Positions 47,496 to 57,500 of a stretch of 64,000 nucleotides of DNA are shown here, one piece after another. Below the pieces are notes generated by a model. The model was not told the DNA's origin. It saw only the letters and a list, made by a program, of their open reading frames with translations, and did no database searches. The translations under genes were made by a program, and so were the position numbers. Numbering within the stretch: position 1 is the first letter of the stretch; each line of letters starts with the position of its first letter. The stretch spans positions 4,384,001-4,448,000 of the forward strand of contig OZ245365.1 of assembly GCA_965226495.1 (NCBI GenBank), in the 5' to 3' direction. The stretch comes from Candidatus Marinacidobacterales bacterium. Lineage in GTDB: Bacteria; Acidobacteriota; Vicinamibacteria; Marinacidobacterales; DATDRI01.

Positions 47496-50180
47496 TCACT
47501 TCGGGGGGACGAGGCGTTTCAGCTCTTCCAACCAGTTCTGAACGAGAATGAGCTCCGGTTGAGAGGTTTCGTCGTTCGCACCGGCGTCCTTGATCATCAA
47601 GAAACGCTTGCCGTCGCGAGACACGTCATAGCTCCGACCGGGGGCGCCAGCCTCGGCAGAGTATGATTCCTCCAGGACGACCTCGGGGCTGCCGAAGGCG
47701 AAACTGGGGTCGGTGCGAACAGAGACCGCCATCAGTTGCCCGGTTGGATCCAGGTAGAACAACTCGCCGCCGTCCCGTGCCCAGAGTGGCCGTGTCCCAC
47801 CGCCTCTCGAGATCTGGTCCCGACCCTCGTCCACGTTGGGGAACGGGCGCACGTAGATTTCATATTCACCGGAGGCGTCCGACTGGTAGGCCAGCCATCG
47901 GCCGTCGGGTGAGATCTCGGCGTTCAGCTCGTTGAACTCGCTGGCCAGGAGAGGCTCCCCCAAACCGTCGCCCTCCAGAGAGAGCACGCCGAGATCGCGA
48001 CCTCGTTGGGGATGGTCCTCCCGATAGACCAGCTGCTTCCCGTCCAAGGAAAAGACATACGGGTACTGGTTGTTCCTGCTCTCGGTGAGCCGCTCGACCG
48101 TGCCAGTGCCGTCGGCCGCCTTCCAGAACAGATTCCAAGATCCGTCGCGGGCCGATGCGAATGCCACCCGCCGCCCGTCCGGTGTCCAGGTCGGATAGGC
48201 GTCGCCACCGGGGTCGAACGTGAGCCGCCGCAGCGTCTCGCGGGTGAAATTCCAGATCCAGATGTCACGTTCCTGATCGCGCACGTCGAGAGCGAGCCGG
48301 CTCCCATCGGGAGAAATGCGTGGGTAGGTGTAGTTCCGGGGCTCGGCCGCGAGCGCCTCTTCTCTTCCTTGTCGATCCACCCACACCAGCATTCTTTCTT
48401 GCCCTCGCGGATCGCCGGCGATATATACGAGGGATCCGTCCCGCGAGATGCCGAACTCCGCCGCGCCGCTGGATTTTGTGATGACACCTTCCAGGACGGG
48501 AATGGGGTCGCTCGTGACCTCGAGACGCTCGAGGTCGAAACCCACCGCTCGGAGCGTGCCGCCGGTGCCATAGACGATGTGACCCGTGGGCGCGTAGCGC
48601 GGGTTGCTTCCACCGGGAACGAGGACCTCGACCTCCCCGGTCACGAGTGACAGCACCGCAATCTGGGCGTTCTCGACTGGCCCACTCATTACGGTGAAGA
48701 GAACGCCCTCACCCGCGGGGAGGATCTCGGGCCACCGGTGACTCCCTTGTTTGTCGGGCGTTGTCAGCTGCTCCGGCTCGCCGCCACCTACCGGGACGCG
48801 CCAGAGCCTGCTGGGCGCACCCGCAGCGAAGACAATGGTGTCATCGGCTCCCCAACTCGCGCCGCGGTAGGGTAGTCCCGGAAGGTCACAGATGGTCACC
48901 GGCGGCCCCCCGAGGATCGAGACTTTCCGCAAAGTTAGCCCGTCAGTGTACGCGACCCAGCTACCGTCCGGTGAGACGAACGGTCCGCGGGCGACGTTGC
49001 TGAGCCCAGAGAGCGGCGTCGCCTCGAGCCGATCCAAGGAGCGCACGAAGAGGCGGGGTTGGCCGTCCAGGAAACCTCGATACACGATGCGCGAACCGTC
49101 CGGAGTGATGGCCAAGTTCCCAGTGCCTGAAAAGATGTCGAGGCGAGCGGCATTCGGCGGCCTCGCCACCACACGAACGAGAGGGCGTGGGGTTTCCGGT
49201 TTTAGACTCCAAACTGCGACCCCCACGATGACGCTCGAAACCAATGCCGCGGCGAGCGCGGCTATGGACGGCCGCATGCCGACGCGCTGAGGCACGACCG
49301 GCGCGGATACGCCTGGTTGTGAGCCGCCCTCGGTGATCCACTTCAGTTGGCGTTCGACGTCCCCGGCCGTCTGCCAACGCTCGTCGGGATCCTTGGCCAG
49401 GCACGTCTTGACGACGTGGTCCAGTGCGGGAGGCGACATGGCCTCGAGTTGGGAGATCGGAGGAGGATCGGACGTCATGATCGCACCGATCAAACTCGCC
49501 TGACTCTTGCCCTCGAACGCCCTCCGCCCGGTTATCATTTCGTAGAGCACCGCTCCAAAAGCAAAGATGTCCGTGCGGCCGTCCGCATCTTTCCCTTCGA
49601 GCTGCTCCGGTGCCATGTACTGGAAGGTGCCAAGGATGGAGCCTTCCGCGGTGAGAGACTTCTGCTGCGTCGGCAGAGAGGAGTCACTGCCACCACCCTC
49701 AGCTGCCGCCAGCTTCGCGAGTCCAAAATCCAAAAGCTTTGCCCCCGACTTGGTGAGCATGATGTTGCCGGGCTTCAGATCCCGATGCACCACACCTTGG
49801 CGATGTGCTTTGTCGAGGGCGTCCGCGATCTCGACGCCGTGGCGAAGCGCTTGATCAAGGGATAGTGCGCCTTTCTTCAGTCGCTCGGCCAGGTCTTCGC
49901 CTTCGAGGTACTCCATGACCAGGAAGTCCACGCCGTTCTCCTGGCCGATGTCGTGAAGCGTGCAGATGTGTGGATGATTCAGGCTGGAGACGGCTCGGGC
50001 TTCACGCTCGAAACGCTCCCGTCGCTCGGAGTGGCCGGAAACTTGAGAGGGAAGCACCTTGACGGCGACGGTGCGATCGAGGCGGGTGTCCTTGGCCTTG
50101 TAGACCTCGCCCATCCCACCCGCACCGATGGGTGCGAGGATCTCGTAGGGACCTAGTTTCCTGCCGGGTTCGAGTGCCAT
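47496..50180 (-). CDS. Ser/Thr kinase - TM - TolB/PD40 beta-propellers
   Basis: LGPYEI.APIGAGGMGEVY, HRDLKPGN, DFGLAK, YMAPEQ, a TM helix and repeated SPDG blades. Confidence 0.94.
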   Translation of the reverse strand: MALEPGRKLGPYEILAPIGAGGMGEVYKAKDTRLDRTVAVKVLPSQVSGHSERRERFEREARAVSSLNHPHICTLHDIGQENGVDFLVMEYLEGEDLAERLKKGALSLDQALRHGVEIADALDKAHRQGVVHRDLKPGNIMLTKSGAKLLDFGLAKLAAAEGGGSDSSLPTQQKSLTAEGSILGTFQYMAPEQLEGKDADGRTDIFAFGAVLYEMITGRRAFEGKSQASLIGAIMTSDPPPISQLEAMSPPALDHVVKTCLAKDPDERWQTAGDVERQLKWITEGGSQPGVSAPVVPQRVGMRPSIAALAAALVSSVIVGVAVWSLKPETPRPLVRVVARPPNAARLDIFSGTGNLAITPDGSRIVYRGFLDGQPRLFVRSLDRLEATPLSGLSNVARGPFVSPDGSWVAYTDGLTLRKVSILGGPPVTICDLPGLPYRGASWGADDTIVFAAGAPSRLWRVPVGGGEPEQLTTPDKQGSHRWPEILPAGEGVLFTVMSGPVENAQIAVLSLVTGEVEVLVPGGSNPRYAPTGHIVYGTGGTLRAVGFDLERLEVTSDPIPVLEGVITKSSGAAEFGISRDGSLVYIAGDPRGQERMLVWVDRQGREEALAAEPRNYTYPRISPDGSRLALDVRDQERDIWIWNFTRETLRRLTFDPGGDAYPTWTPDGRRVAFASARDGSWNLFWKAADGTGTVERLTESRNNQYPYVFSLDGKQLVYREDHPQRGRDLGVLSLEGDGLGEPLLASEFNELNAEISPDGRWLAYQSDASGEYEIYVRPFPNVDEGRDQISRGGGTRPLWARDGGELFYLDPTGQLMAVSVRTDPSFAFGSPEVVLEESYSAEAGAPGRSYDVSRDGKRFLMIKDAGANDETSQPELILVQNWLEELKRLVPPK

Positions 50181-50360
50181 CTAACCCTCACCCGGCGTCT
50201 GACGACGTTGATAGCAGCACGGCATCTTTTGACACCCTACCGTCCCCAAACAGGGAGAGGGAATAAAGGAAGAAAGCCATCATTGTTGAGCTGAAAATAG
50301 TACCGCGCAGGTTGAAAAGTCAAAGAACAAGAAGGAAGCGAGTAGGGATGTCCCGGCCAG

Positions 50361-50746
50361 TCAGGATTTCCGGAAAGCCGCGTCCAAGGCGCGGTCGAAG
50401 GTCTTGATGAGCGAGACGCGGCGACGCTTGCAGCAAGCCAGGTGAAGAAGGTCGCGGGCTCCGAGCTCTGGGTAGCGCTCCACCAAGAGCCTTCCGAAAC
50501 GGACGTCCTCCGGCTCGACAGGCCACACCGACCCTACGCTGGACTCGACGAGAGCAAGCGCTGCATCCAAGGTCTCGATCCGCCGCACTGGCAAGTATGC
50601 GTGTAACAATTCCTGGAGAACTTCGGCTGAGGTAACGAGGTTTTCCTCTTTCTTGAGGCTCCGCTCGAAGAAAGCCCTCGACTCGGCACGCAGCGGGTGC
50701 TTTCGGCCCACCGCTACATGAAGACGTTAGTGTCGACTAAGGTCAT
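50361..50746 (-). pseudogene. vapC: PIN-domain toxin with a 1-nt deletion
   Basis: MTLVDTNVFM, then TA- GCG GTG (one base missing near 50714/50715, creating TAG), continuing VGRKHPLR..TSAEVLQE..ARDLLH.A..TFD. Confidence 0.8.
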
Positions 50747-50830
50747 GTTTCGGACTGACCGGAGGAACCGAGCGCTCGATTACGAAACGGTGCTCCTCCC
50801 AATCACGCTCAACGTCCTGTTCTTCCCAGC
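50747..50830 (-). pseudogene. Remnant of the cognate antitoxin C-terminus
   Basis: DWEEHRFVIERS at 50769-50804 lies directly upstream of vapC; no intact ORF or N-terminus. Confidence 0.45.
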
Positions 50831-50848
50831 TACGGTTCACTCGGAGAC

Positions 50849-51517
50849 CTAAGCATCCTCCCAAATTGCAGCGAGACCAGCAAAGGGAGTGAAATCACGC
50901 GAGATCCCCTTCAAGATCTGAACAAACTGCTCCTCGCGTGCCGGATCCCAACGGTCTCTCGACTCCTTCTTGAGTTTCTCTACCAGCATTCGGCCTCGTT
51001 GGGGCTCGTCCTTCAATACGCAAATTGCCAGTTCGATGGCGGCTTTGGTTTCTGAAAGCACGTTGCTGTCGTCCAACTCGAACATTGCACTGAGATCCTC
51101 GATACTGTTTATTTTATGTAGGTACGGCAAGGCGAACTTCTCGATGGCTTCGAGTATCGAAACTTTTTGGGCTTCGACATCTTCCGTATCGGCAAATCGC
51201 CAATCGAACAACGCGTCGGTCGAGGGCAACAGATTGTAGATGTGCGTTCCGACCGTCACACCGCGACGTTTGCTGGCATCCGATACTCTCGGCCGGTATC
51301 TGTTCAGTAGCTCCTCAATCCTCGTAAACCGGAGGCCAGCCGAGAACTCCAGTCGATAGACGTCGCCGCCACGTGGAGTGAAATAGATCGACAAGGACCG
51401 CACGACTTCTCGATCGCGACGGACAAAACGTCTCTGCGACTTCCGGTAGCTGAATCCTGCTCTGTGAAGGATTGGTTCCAGCAGCTCGATGACCCTGTCG
51501 GTCAGAATCTTCATCAT
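50849..51517 (-). CDS. Probable immunity protein (DUF4304-like)
   Basis: ATGA overlap with the nuclease-tipped gene. It has an L.P.L...GF.......F.R N-terminus and an I...ALPYL pattern, no signal peptide, and more AT-rich codons. Confidence 0.68.
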   Translation of the reverse strand: MMKILTDRVIELLEPILHRAGFSYRKSQRRFVRRDREVVRSLSIYFTPRGGDVYRLEFSAGLRFTRIEELLNRYRPRVSDASKRRGVTVGTHIYNLLPSTDALFDWRFADTEDVEAQKVSILEAIEKFALPYLHKINSIEDLSAMFELDDSNVLSETKAAIELAICVLKDEPQRGRMLVEKLKKESRDRWDPAREEQFVQILKGISRDFTPFAGLAAIWEDA

Positions 51518-54500
51518 TGTTTGTCGGCGATCCTCTCTAGGAGCTTTTTGAGCGAAACCTTAGCCTCCACTGTCGTGATGCGACCCGTCGCGCCCTGGAG
51601 CTCGGCGTCCGCTGCTCTATCGCCTACGAAAGTGCCACCTTTTTTCTCCAGCTCCACGTCCTTCGCACGTTGGGCACGAGGTCGTTTTGCCCCGACCGTC
51701 TTCACTTCTACGTTGAATAGCTTCCCATCTCTTTTTCTTATTATGAGGACATCGATGACGCGTCTTTGGGGATTCTTTGCTGTTTTAACCGAGATACGTG
51801 TTCCCTTGACTCTAACTTTGGGATTCCTCAGAAGTTTCTCGAGAATTATTTCTTCGCCGAGATCGCCTTGTCTCTTGATGCCCAGGCCGGTCTTTCCTTT
51901 CGGCTGCTTGCCCGAGACCGTCTTACATTGGTTGTGAACCCAGGCTTCGGTCTTTCCGACGAAATACGTATGATCTTCCGCGACTTCGAAGTTGTAAACC
52001 GTCTCCGCCCCTCGTGGCGACCCGCGCACCTGACGTACCTTGAGCCATCCGTCGCGGGCGGTGAAAATGGAATCGTCCTCCCTCAATTGACCCGCCTCCA
52101 CCCAGCCGCGCCCGGTGACCCAGAAAGGATGCTCCTTGGTGACTCCCAGCGTTTCCGAGGTTCCGTCCGAAGCCACCAAATCTAGATCGAGCGTCTCCTT
52201 GTTGGGCGTGGAAGCCGGCGTGGGATCGATCAAGCTGCCCCGATCGGTCGCCACCGCTCTCAGGTCGTAGTCGCCGAAGCTCAGACTCAGCGCATCGGGA
52301 TCGAGGTTACCTTCCCAGGGCTCGGCGAGGTCCGCGGCTCCGAGGGGCAACCAGTCGATGTCGGCGGCGGCTTTGAACTCGAACTGCACTTCGGCCACGT
52401 CTCGGTCCTCTGTGGTAGCGAGCACGTGCAGCGCCGTATCGAACGCAGTCCCGTCGAGAGGGCTGACGATGATGGCCGCGGGCGGGCGGGTATCGATCTC
52501 GGCATCGGCCGGCAAAGAGGGCTCGCTGAGATTGCCCGCTTCGTCCATAGCGAAGACTTCGTAGGTGTAGTGGCCGTCCGGTAGATTGAGATCGAGAAAC
52601 TCGTCGGGCGTGATGACGAAATTGCGAAGATCCCCGACCACCAGCCCGTCGGCATTGGCGAGGCGGTCATCGCGAAACAGGAGATAGCCGAGCAGATCGT
52701 CCTCGGTATTGGGATCCCAGTCGAGCTGCACGTCGTTGATGACGGCGTCGGGGTCGGAGGCGACCTCGGTGGCCGTCAAACCGGTGGGCGCCGCGGGCGG
52801 GAGGTTGTCGATGATCACCACCACCGTATCGACACCGACGTTGCCCGTGAGATCTTCCCCTTCCAAGCGCAACGTGAAGGGAGCGCCTTCCGTCAGCCCC
52901 AACGTGCTCCACTGAGCGAGCAGATCGCTTTGAATCGGTACCGGCGAGCGACGCAAGAGCTCGAGTGTAGTGGGCGTTTCACCCGCACCCACGAACAACC
53001 GGTACTCCTTGAAGTCGTCTTGGCTGAACGCGGTGCCTTTGACATCGACGAGTCCGCTGACGGTTTCGCCGGTGGAAGGTCTTTGGATCCGAACCGTCGG
53101 TGGCGTCACATCCACGACGAGCTCGGCCGGATTCGAAGGATCGCTCTGGTTGCCGGCGAGATCGACGGCGACCACGGTATAGACGTAGGTACCTTCGAGC
53201 AGATCCGGATCGAGGTACGTTGTATCGGGCAGGAGCTCGGTGGTGATCCGCTCGCCGTCACGGGAGACGTGATAGCCGGCAAGATCGGGCTCGGTGTTGG
53301 CGGTCCAGTTCAGCCTGGCGCTATCACCATCCTCGAGCTCAACGGTCAATTGGATGGGAGGCGCCGGCGGCGTCAGATCGACGTGGACCTCGGAGAGCGT
53401 TGAGGCTTCGTTGCCAGCGGCATCCTCGGCATGCAGCCGAAGCGTGTAGAGACCATCTGGCGGTGGGGCGCGAAGCTCGATGAGCGGACCATCCGTGACC
53501 GAGCTCAAGCCGACTCCGATCTCCGTGAACGCTGCCGCAACGTCTTTCTCGCCTGGCGCTATCGACACCGCATACCGGGTCAAATGCTCGTCGCTCGCCG
53601 TGCCCACGAGGTTCTGAACTCCGACAAGAAAACCGCCATCGTCGGGATCGGTGATCGCGACCACGGGGGGCGTGTTGTCGACCGTAACCAGGACACGGGC
53701 CTCGCCGGTCTGACCCGCCCGGTCCTCGGCAATGAGCCTCAACGTAAAGGGACCATCATCGAGCGACGAAACATCCCACTGAGTGAGCTCCGCCGCGGTT
53801 GGCAACTCCGTCGCCGCGAAGATTTCGACAAACGCATCGGGAAGAGGCGCAGCGCCCGGAGCGAACTCCACGCGGTAAGTTTCGAGATGCTCCTCCACCA
53901 CGGTACCGAGGACCGGTGTCGGACCGCTCGCCCCGGACAGGAAGCTTCCCTCTGCCGGCCCGGTGAGCGTGACGACCGGCGCGGTGTTATCCACCTCGAA
54001 CGGGATGATGACCTCGGCACGGTTCTCTGCCTGGTCTTCGGCCTCCACCCGAACCGCATAGTCGCCGTCCTCGAGAGCGTCGAGGCGTGCCAGGATGGCG
54101 TTCATCCGATTCGCGTTGCCCCGGGCTAGCTCGGTCCAGACGGGAGCGGCCGGCTCGTTGGTGATCGAGATGACGTAGCTTTGTATCCGCTCGTCTTCAA
54201 TCGATCCTTGGATGGCGGCCTCACCGGTCAAGAAGCCGTCGGGCTCGGGGGCGTCGAGCACCACCACCGGCGGCGTGCGATCGACGATCACCGTGACGCG
54301 TTCTTCTTGATTGACGCTCGGATTGCCCGGGAGCTCGGCGCGGAGAAGCACCGCATAGAGCCCGTCCGGAGCGTCGTCTCCTCCATCGGTCTTGCCGTCC
54401 CAGGGTCGCACCGCGGCGCCAAAGCCAAGCACCTGTCCATCGACGAGGGTACGAACCGGAACGTCGCCCGGTTCGAGGAGGGTCAAGAAGACTCTGGCGT

Positions 54501-57500
54501 CGATATCGAGAGCGAAGCGAATGCTCGACGTCTCGCGCCTTCCGTCGCCATTGGGTGAGAAGAGACGCGGCGTTGCCTCGAGGTCTTGAATCAAGTTGGT
54601 ACGACTCGCGAGGTTGAGAGAGACGAACGTCTCTCCCTCGTTTCCGGCTAGATCCCTCCCGAGCAAACGGAGCGTGATGTCGCCTTCGAGACCAAATGTA
54701 TTCCAGACACCGGCCACCTCGGCGTCGAGCTCCGTGGCGCTGGCGAAAATCCGCGCCCAAGTCTCGGGCGCCAACCCGATCCCGAAATCGAGGCCGTAGG
54801 CCTGGAAGTTACGATCGGAGACCGAACCCACGACCTCCACGATCATCGTGATGGGATCGCCCAACTGCGGAAAGGCGATGTTCGTCTCGGGCGGCGTGTT
54901 GTCCACCTCGACCTCGACCCACCTCCGGGCTCGATTGCCGCAAGCGTCTTCATAGTCGGCAAATACCAGGTAGGTGCCGTCGGGCACCCGGGCACCGCCG
55001 TCGTTCGTGCCGTCCCAGATCTCGAACGCCAGATCGAGTAGCGAAAAGCGCGACAAGAGCGTTCGGACGCGCGAGCCGGTCACCACCGGGCGCCGCTTCT
55101 CGTCGATAAAGCCCGGAAAGATCTCGAGGTCGACGAAGGCAAGCTCCTGGCTCTCGATCTCCAGCGTGACGTCGTCGAGCGTGCCGTCGCCATTGGGTGA
55201 GAACAGACGGAGGTCGGACCTCAAACCGGCGCCCTCCACCTCACCATCGAAGAAGAAATTTGTTTCCGTGCAAACCAGCGCACCGCCCCAGTCGCTCGCC
55301 TCCAGCCGTAGAGTGGCGTCACCGGTGAAGGCGGGCTCGTCATCGCCGTAGGTACCCAGCGTCCCCGCGATGCGGAACCCTCCAGCGGCGCCTAGCGGCA
55401 CGACAAGAGGGGGGGATATTTCGAAGGTTAGACCCGCTTGGCCGTCTCGTGACAACACGAGCCGGTACTCGGCCGCGACGTCGTCGTCGACCACGCCCTC
55501 GACGTCGAATACGTTTCGGATCTCGCCGCCGATCTCCCGGGGAACCCCGCAGATCCTCTGTCCTTCGAGGGGGAAGTTGATGGCGATGGTGGGAGGCGAT
55601 TGATCGATGGGTAGTCTAATGGTCCTCTCCGTTCGATCATCATCTACATCGCTCAACCGAAAGACGAATGACTCGATGGGCTCGAGATCCTGAGTCTCGA
55701 GCAGAAATCTCTGCGGCTCCTCTATCGGCGGCCGGTTGACGCTGAAGAGGATGTCCTCTTGTCCGTCCGGAAGCAGGCGTGCCATGGTCAAGAGCTGTAG
55801 AGAGGTGCCCTTGCCGCTGTCGGGTGTCACAACGAACTGAAGCAACTGCGGCGCCGGATCGCCACAGGATTCGGCCACCACCGGGGCGATTTCGACGCTA
55901 ATCGTGAGACAGGGGCTTTTGAAGCCTACCTCTCGCGAGCGAATGCGGCGTCGGGCGGTCTCGCCGGTGGCCGGATCGACAAACGGCTCGGTCACGACGA
56001 CCACGAAGCTCTTGTAGGCTTTGCACGCCACCCAATCGTCGAAGCCAAACAGGATGACGCCGTCGGTGACGGCCTTGGGCTCGAAGCTTTGCTCGTTGGC
56101 GTAGCGTGGATCCTCATCGCTCTGGATGAACAGCTGGATCTCTTCCAGCTCCAGGGCCATGAACTCTTGCGCCCAAAGGACGATGTCTCGGAGGCCGAAG
56201 ACATTCTTCTTCTCTTCAACGAACCGAGCTACGTCGGCCGGTGGCTCGTCCGGCGGCGTTGGCAGTGGACCGCCATAGAACAGGCCATCGGTGAGCACCT
56301 GGAAAGTGTTCGAGAAGTGCTCGTTGCCTTCGAGATCGACCATGCGCAGGCGGAGGACCGTGACCACCCCCGGCATGACGCCGGCCATGTCCCAGACGAA
56401 TTGGAACCTTGGCTCGGGAATCTCGAAGCTCGGGGGCACAGGGTTGAAACCTACCGGCAGGAATTGCTCGATGCGTGTCTCCTGCCAGAAGACCTGCGCA
56501 AAGGGCCGAAACTGCACATGGACCTCGTCGATCTCCTCTCGCACCGTTTCGGCCAGGTTGAATCTTGCGTCGCCCTGTGCGAGCTGAATGAACGCGCCGA
56601 TGCCGTCGTCGGATGTCGTGGGAACGAAGCGCACCTCCTCGAGCCGTTCGAGTTTTCCTTCCTCGCTGAGAATATGCGAGCCGAAATCGGTCACGACGAT
56701 CTCTTCGAGCCCCAGAGGCGTCGTGACGAGGGTGCGATTCCCCGCCCGGTCGCTCGCGTCGAGACGAAACCGATTTCCAACGAACTCGTCCAGATCGAGG
56801 AAACGGGTGAGGCTTCCGTCGTCCTCCGCCAGGAGGAAGCCAGGAGTCAACGGAGACCAGGACAGAGGATCGGCCCCTTCACCCAGCTCGCGGAAGTCTT
56901 CCTTCAAATTGGGATCCACGACCGTGAACACGAGCTGCGGCGAAACGCCGGCGACCTCCTCACCACTCGAGGAAGAGTTCACTCTCTGATAAGCGCTCTT
57001 CAGGAGCAGCTCGACCTCGGGTGGTGTCGAGTCGACGTGGATGAAGAACTCGAAGTTCTGCACGGTCATCCGGTACTCGCCATCGGGAACCGGCAGGCCT
57101 CTTTGGTCGCGTCCATCCCACACCAGCTCCTGGAGCCCGATCACGGGGTGATCGCGCTCGATGGTGCGGACCCGATCCCCTTTGTCGTTGAAGAATCCGA
57201 ACTCCAGACTGATTGGCTCGAGCACCCGATAACCAACGGTTGCGCTGTCCTGAATTCCGTCGCCGTTGGGAGAGATGAACTGCGGGGTGCGGAACAAATC
57301 GGTGATACTGGGGATATCGTTCCAGGAAACCCGTTTGACCGCACGGCGTTGGTTGCCCGCCAGATCGTGAACGGTGAGACGCACCAGGTAGGAGCCTGGC
57401 GAGGGCGGCACCCAGGTTGTAAAACGGGCGTCGACGACCGGCTCCGCGGCGGGCGGACCAATGGGGCTGAAGCTTCCCGGGCTCGAGGCGCGAGCGAATT

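Noticed and set aside
51931-52210. Classical self-splicing intein or RHS toxin
   Set aside because: There is no N-terminal nucleophile block, the +1 residue is Gln, and no RHS/YD repeats or core motif are present; it fits a truncated pretoxin-HINT.
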